In this document: positions 26,277 to 29,518 of the stretch, in pieces
Layout of the letters: each line of letters begins with the position of its first letter
Position numbering within the stretch: the stretch's first letter is position 1
Source of the DNA: an uncultured Candidatus Saccharibacteria bacterium
GTDB lineage: Bacteria; Patescibacteriota; Minisyncoccia; UBA6257; JAUSGH01
DNA length: 29,518 nucleotides
Assembly: GCA_964361805.1 (NCBI GenBank)
Contig: CAYICF010000001.1
Coordinates: 1 to 29,518 of the forward strand
Direction of reading: 5' to 3'
Position numbers and translations under genes: made by a program
The notes under the pieces: generated by a model
Database searches by the model: none
Told to the model about the DNA's origin: nothing
Seen by the model: only the letters and a program-made list of their open reading frames with translations

Positions 26277-27749
26277 CTAATCTTTAGAAGCGCAACGATC
26301 GGCAAAATAAGGGTAGAATGTATGCTTCCAAGCCGACAAAATGGACTGAAACTGATGAGACTCATCATCATAACACATAAAGTGTTGTAACGTAGTAATG
26401 GGCTTAATGGGGATAGTAAACGCAAGATTCTTGTCCCAACTCTTGCCGCATGGGTCAACAGTATTTGTACAAAGTTCTGGCTTCCCTATAAGGGCATAGC
26501 ATATATCTCGATCGTCGGAGTTGTTCATAGCTTTACGGCAGAGTTCCTCATCTTTTTGCATGAGGGCCAGAAGGAGAAAACATCCAGACATCATTTCTTC
26601 CTTTTCACGCTCAAGATTATGCTCATGATCATAATTATAATCATTATCATCATAATAATAATCTTCCACATCCGCTTGAGCATGAGCTTGCAGCACCTGC
26701 TTTTCTGAAGGAATAAACTCTTGCTGATAACGCTCACAAACTATAGGATCATTTGTTTGAAATGCAGTATAAGACAATCCATACAGAAGGCATTGAAAAC
26801 GAGCATCCCCTTGTAGCGACATGCATGCATGTGCGTCCTGCTGTACAATCCCTAATACCACAGAAGTTTCAGAAACACTCGGTAGATGTATGGCGCGACT
26901 CGCAACATGGGGGTTGGGAGCTGTGATAAGCTCATGACTAAATGATGTGATAGGCAAACCACTTGGATCTTGCCTTACCCTACCACGCCAGGCGGTAATT
27001 GCATGGTTAATATACAGCGTACTATTGGTGGCGTGATCCAACGCTACATACAATCGAGCAGGAAATACCACCACACCATTGTGATCCGTAACGCGTTTAA
27101 AAAACGTTTCTGGATATGTACCATCAGTGCTTTCCAACATCCTGGGCCCACCACGCGCCCTCCTAGACCCAGAGATAAGGTTGTAGCCCAGAAAATCTTT
27201 CACAATTACGGGTATCCCTATTAATGGCTTTCCAAAAGTATCAGTCACCGTAATGCGCTTTTCGCCAATATATTCAAGTGGCCATACCATATATAATGGA
27301 AGCACCACCAATAAGATAATAAAAAACCAATGCAATGAGTTCCATCGTCTATGAGGCACTAGGGCCTGAGACTGCACTTTAATTTCACTTTTATTCTGAA
27401 CAATGGTAGCACGGATAAACAGAATAAACGCAATGATAGAAATGCTGAAATTCGCCAACACAAAAGGGAATAACAAGATGGAATAGTTTAAAGAGGGCGC
27501 CAATAACGATACCATACCAGGATTCCCGAGCACTGCCAGTATACCAACAATAGGAAACCACCCAGGAACCAGTGGGTACTTTCCGCGTTGTTTACGCAGG
27601 ATAACAATAATATGAGCTGCTACTAAAAGACCAGTATAAAGAGGAGAACGAATGAGACCAAACAGAAAAGAGATGATTACGATGATTACAAAGAACAAAA
27701 AGTAAGTTTTTTCTGCTTTTGCACTGAAAGGCAATGTAGGTGACTGCAT
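26277..27749 (-). CDS. Multi-pass membrane protein with extracellular Cys-repeat domain
   Basis: About 5 N-terminal TM helices; C-terminal DPIVC, DEELC, RDICY, PELC repeats. Confidence 0.75.
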   Translation of the reverse strand: MQSPTLPFSAKAEKTYFLFFVIIVIISFLFGLIRSPLYTGLLVAAHIIVILRKQRGKYPLVPGWFPIVGILAVLGNPGMVSLLAPSLNYSILLFPFVLANFSISIIAFILFIRATIVQNKSEIKVQSQALVPHRRWNSLHWFFIILLVVLPLYMVWPLEYIGEKRITVTDTFGKPLIGIPVIVKDFLGYNLISGSRRARGGPRMLESTDGTYPETFFKRVTDHNGVVVFPARLYVALDHATNSTLYINHAITAWRGRVRQDPSGLPITSFSHELITAPNPHVASRAIHLPSVSETSVVLGIVQQDAHACMSLQGDARFQCLLYGLSYTAFQTNDPIVCERYQQEFIPSEKQVLQAHAQADVEDYYYDDNDYNYDHEHNLEREKEEMMSGCFLLLALMQKDEELCRKAMNNSDDRDICYALIGKPELCTNTVDPCGKSWDKNLAFTIPIKPITTLQHFMCYDDESHQFQSILSAWKHTFYPYFADRCASKD

Positions 27750-27785
27750 ACTTTAATTTTTTTCTCTCCACAACGATGCTCTCCC

Positions 27786-28586
27786 TCATACTACCGCGTT
27801 GGGTAATTCTAGCACATCCATCCAATAACGAACAGGATGATGAGGATCAAGGTACACGGTGATGGTTTGCCCCTGCTTGGCAGGAGCTTCATAGCGAAAC
27901 GATGACCATGAAAATCCCTTCATCAGGCTGTCGCTGCGAAATTCACCAATATTCCCTGTGGTGGGATCTTTCCCTTCACTCACAATAACCCAACGACGGT
28001 ATGCTCCGTTATAAAGCAAAGGAGACCGTTCGACGCGCGTAATGGTCGTGGTAAGTGGCCTTCCATATTTTCTAAACCATGCACATTGTTCTTGTATACG
28101 TTTTCGTTTTCGCGCATACCAACGAGCCAATAATAAAAATACTACTCCTACGGCGCTCGAAAAGAAAATTCCATAGCGCGACGCCTCTAGATCATCGCGC
28201 ATAATAGCTTGCCTCGGATTATCTTTCTGATATAGAATAGGTACCACGGTAGTTGGCGGTAACAACGTAAGATGCTCCACCGGCAGTGCAAAAAATGTAA
28301 ATGATTCTCCCGAGAGCGTAGTAAAACTAATACGAGGTCGATATACAATAATTTCCTCTCGAGGAAATTTCTCGCTTGTTACCCTGCGCCGTTCAATAGG
28401 AATAGGTTGGGAACTACGCTCAGGTATCAACTCTACTACGGTACCGTCCACAAGGATGCCGTCATAAAAAGTACTATACTCGATCAAGTAGAGCACCCCT
28501 CCAAATATACCAAGAATCCCTACTAGTAACAAGAAATAGACCACAATGGGACCTTGGAGAATACGAGCTTTTCCCATATGCGCCAC
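27786..28586 (-). CDS. DUF3592-like membrane protein
   Basis: TM, then DGTVVEL...YRPRISFTTLSGE...VPILYQKDNPRQA, TM, then a second OB-like part ending TITVYLDPHHPVRYWMD. Confidence 0.7.
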   Translation of the reverse strand: MAHMGKARILQGPIVVYFLLLVGILGIFGGVLYLIEYSTFYDGILVDGTVVELIPERSSQPIPIERRRVTSEKFPREEIIVYRPRISFTTLSGESFTFFALPVEHLTLLPPTTVVPILYQKDNPRQAIMRDDLEASRYGIFFSSAVGVVFLLLARWYARKRKRIQEQCAWFRKYGRPLTTTITRVERSPLLYNGAYRRWVIVSEGKDPTTGNIGEFRSDSLMKGFSWSSFRYEAPAKQGQTITVYLDPHHPVRYWMDVLELPNAVV

Positions 28587-28671
28587 TTCATCTATTTTTT
28601 ATATATACCATAAGTAAAGTATACCACAAGTATGCCATATATAGTCACGCATTACAGCCCTGACACCGCAT

Positions 28672-29408
28672 TTACTGTTTACCACCCTTCCGCCAGGATA
28701 AATCTTTCAACAGGGGCCAGTAGATATCGTCTTGTAGAGGTACCTGGAATGCGGTTCTGCCACGCCGTGTGCCAAACTCGATGCCTGGCACATTAGTGAT
28801 AATGGCCAGTGGTGTTTGCTCGGCGCCTTCACCCATCGCTAGGGTTGCAGCAGCCGCAAGGCCATCGGCCATATTGGCGACTTTATCATTGCCCAAGGCA
28901 TATCCAAAAAGACTAGGGCTTCCTTGGTAGGCATGCAAAGGGTTAAACCCATAATGGCCCAAAGAAATGCCCATAGTGCCACGGCGCAAGGGGATAGAGT
29001 GAGAGTCCACTATTAAGATGCCAAGATTTTTTACTTTGTAGATTTTTTTGCCCATTTCCATAAGGTCTGGGCGGTTTTAGTGGGGTTTTGGGGCCACAAG
29101 ATAGTGTAACCATTCATGCTATCAATGCCCGCAGAAGGCATAAGAAGCCCTTGGGTAATGGTATGGAGCACTGGTCTGCCCTTCATGGCACCGCGGGGGA
29201 TATAGCGAGTTGCGTGGCGTATGGCAAGTATATCCTCAGCGTCTTTTGTGGTGGCTTTTACACACCGCCCTTCGTGAATACTCACTACTTTTGAGGTAAC
29301 GGCCAAAATGGAGTTTTCTGGTATGTTCGGCAGCGCTTCTTGTATGGCCGTGAGAAGATTATCTTTGGGTGGCACCAGGATTCTGGTTTTGAGAGGAGTG
29401 ATGAGCAT
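28672..29408 (-). pseudogene. Frameshifted CofE-like (F420-0:gamma-glutamyl ligase family) gene
   Basis: 5' part TSKVVSIHEGR...SAGID...ILWP and 3' part LIVDSHSIPLRRG...MGEGAEQTPLAII joined by a -1 shift at an A7 run (29043-29049). Confidence 0.8.
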
Positions 29409-29460
29409 GGCAGTGTTATTCCTTTCTGGTGCTGTATTCTTAAAATAGTTCGAACGCATT

Positions 29461-29479
29461 TCGCCGCCGCAGGCGGCGA
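29461..29479. repeat. GC-rich mini-palindrome at the window edge
   Basis: TCGCCGCC-GCA-GGCGGCGA. Confidence 0.6.
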
Positions 29480-29518
29480 GGAATTCCCCCCGCTTGCCCG
29501 TCCGAAGCCGAGAGGCGA

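Noticed and set aside
24359-27887. Diversity-generating retroelement (TR/VR) behind the repeats
   Set aside because: The 447-bp copies appear identical, mismatches in the diverged paralog pair are not adenine-specific, and there is no reverse transcriptase in the window

Overview
Bacterial chromosomal segment, most likely from a Patescibacteria/CPR (Parcubacteria-like) genome. This is inferred from the VirB2/TrbC-like pilin array, compact housekeeping genes, CCA-less tRNAs and many orphan surface proteins. Standard genetic code. Housekeeping content: Xer-type tyrosine recombinase, ftsH, tyrS, clpP, tig, K+-independent H+-PPase (hppA), nusA, a YraN-family gene, a DUF1385 gene and four tRNAs (Leu-TAG, Ile-TAT, Gly-GCC, Val-TAC). 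Top observation: a complete classical ribosome-mediated attenuator not in the ORF track (sigma70 promoter, 22-aa leader peptide with 5 Phe + 1 Tyr in 7 codons, mutually exclusive antiterminator/terminator). It precedes two small orphan ORFs, one resembling a free-standing DAHP-synthase regulatory domain. Other notable items: a tRNA-Ile with a UAU anticodon; six parS-like palindromes inside a highly structured non-coding block at 18.5-19.0 kb; a perfect 44-bp palindrome between xer and ftsH; in-frame heptamer microsatellites; and a compositionally distinct right-hand segment (from about 21.7 kb) with two frameshifted genes and an exact 447-bp duplication fused to a truncated paralog. Family assignments come from motif recognition only; no database searches were run.
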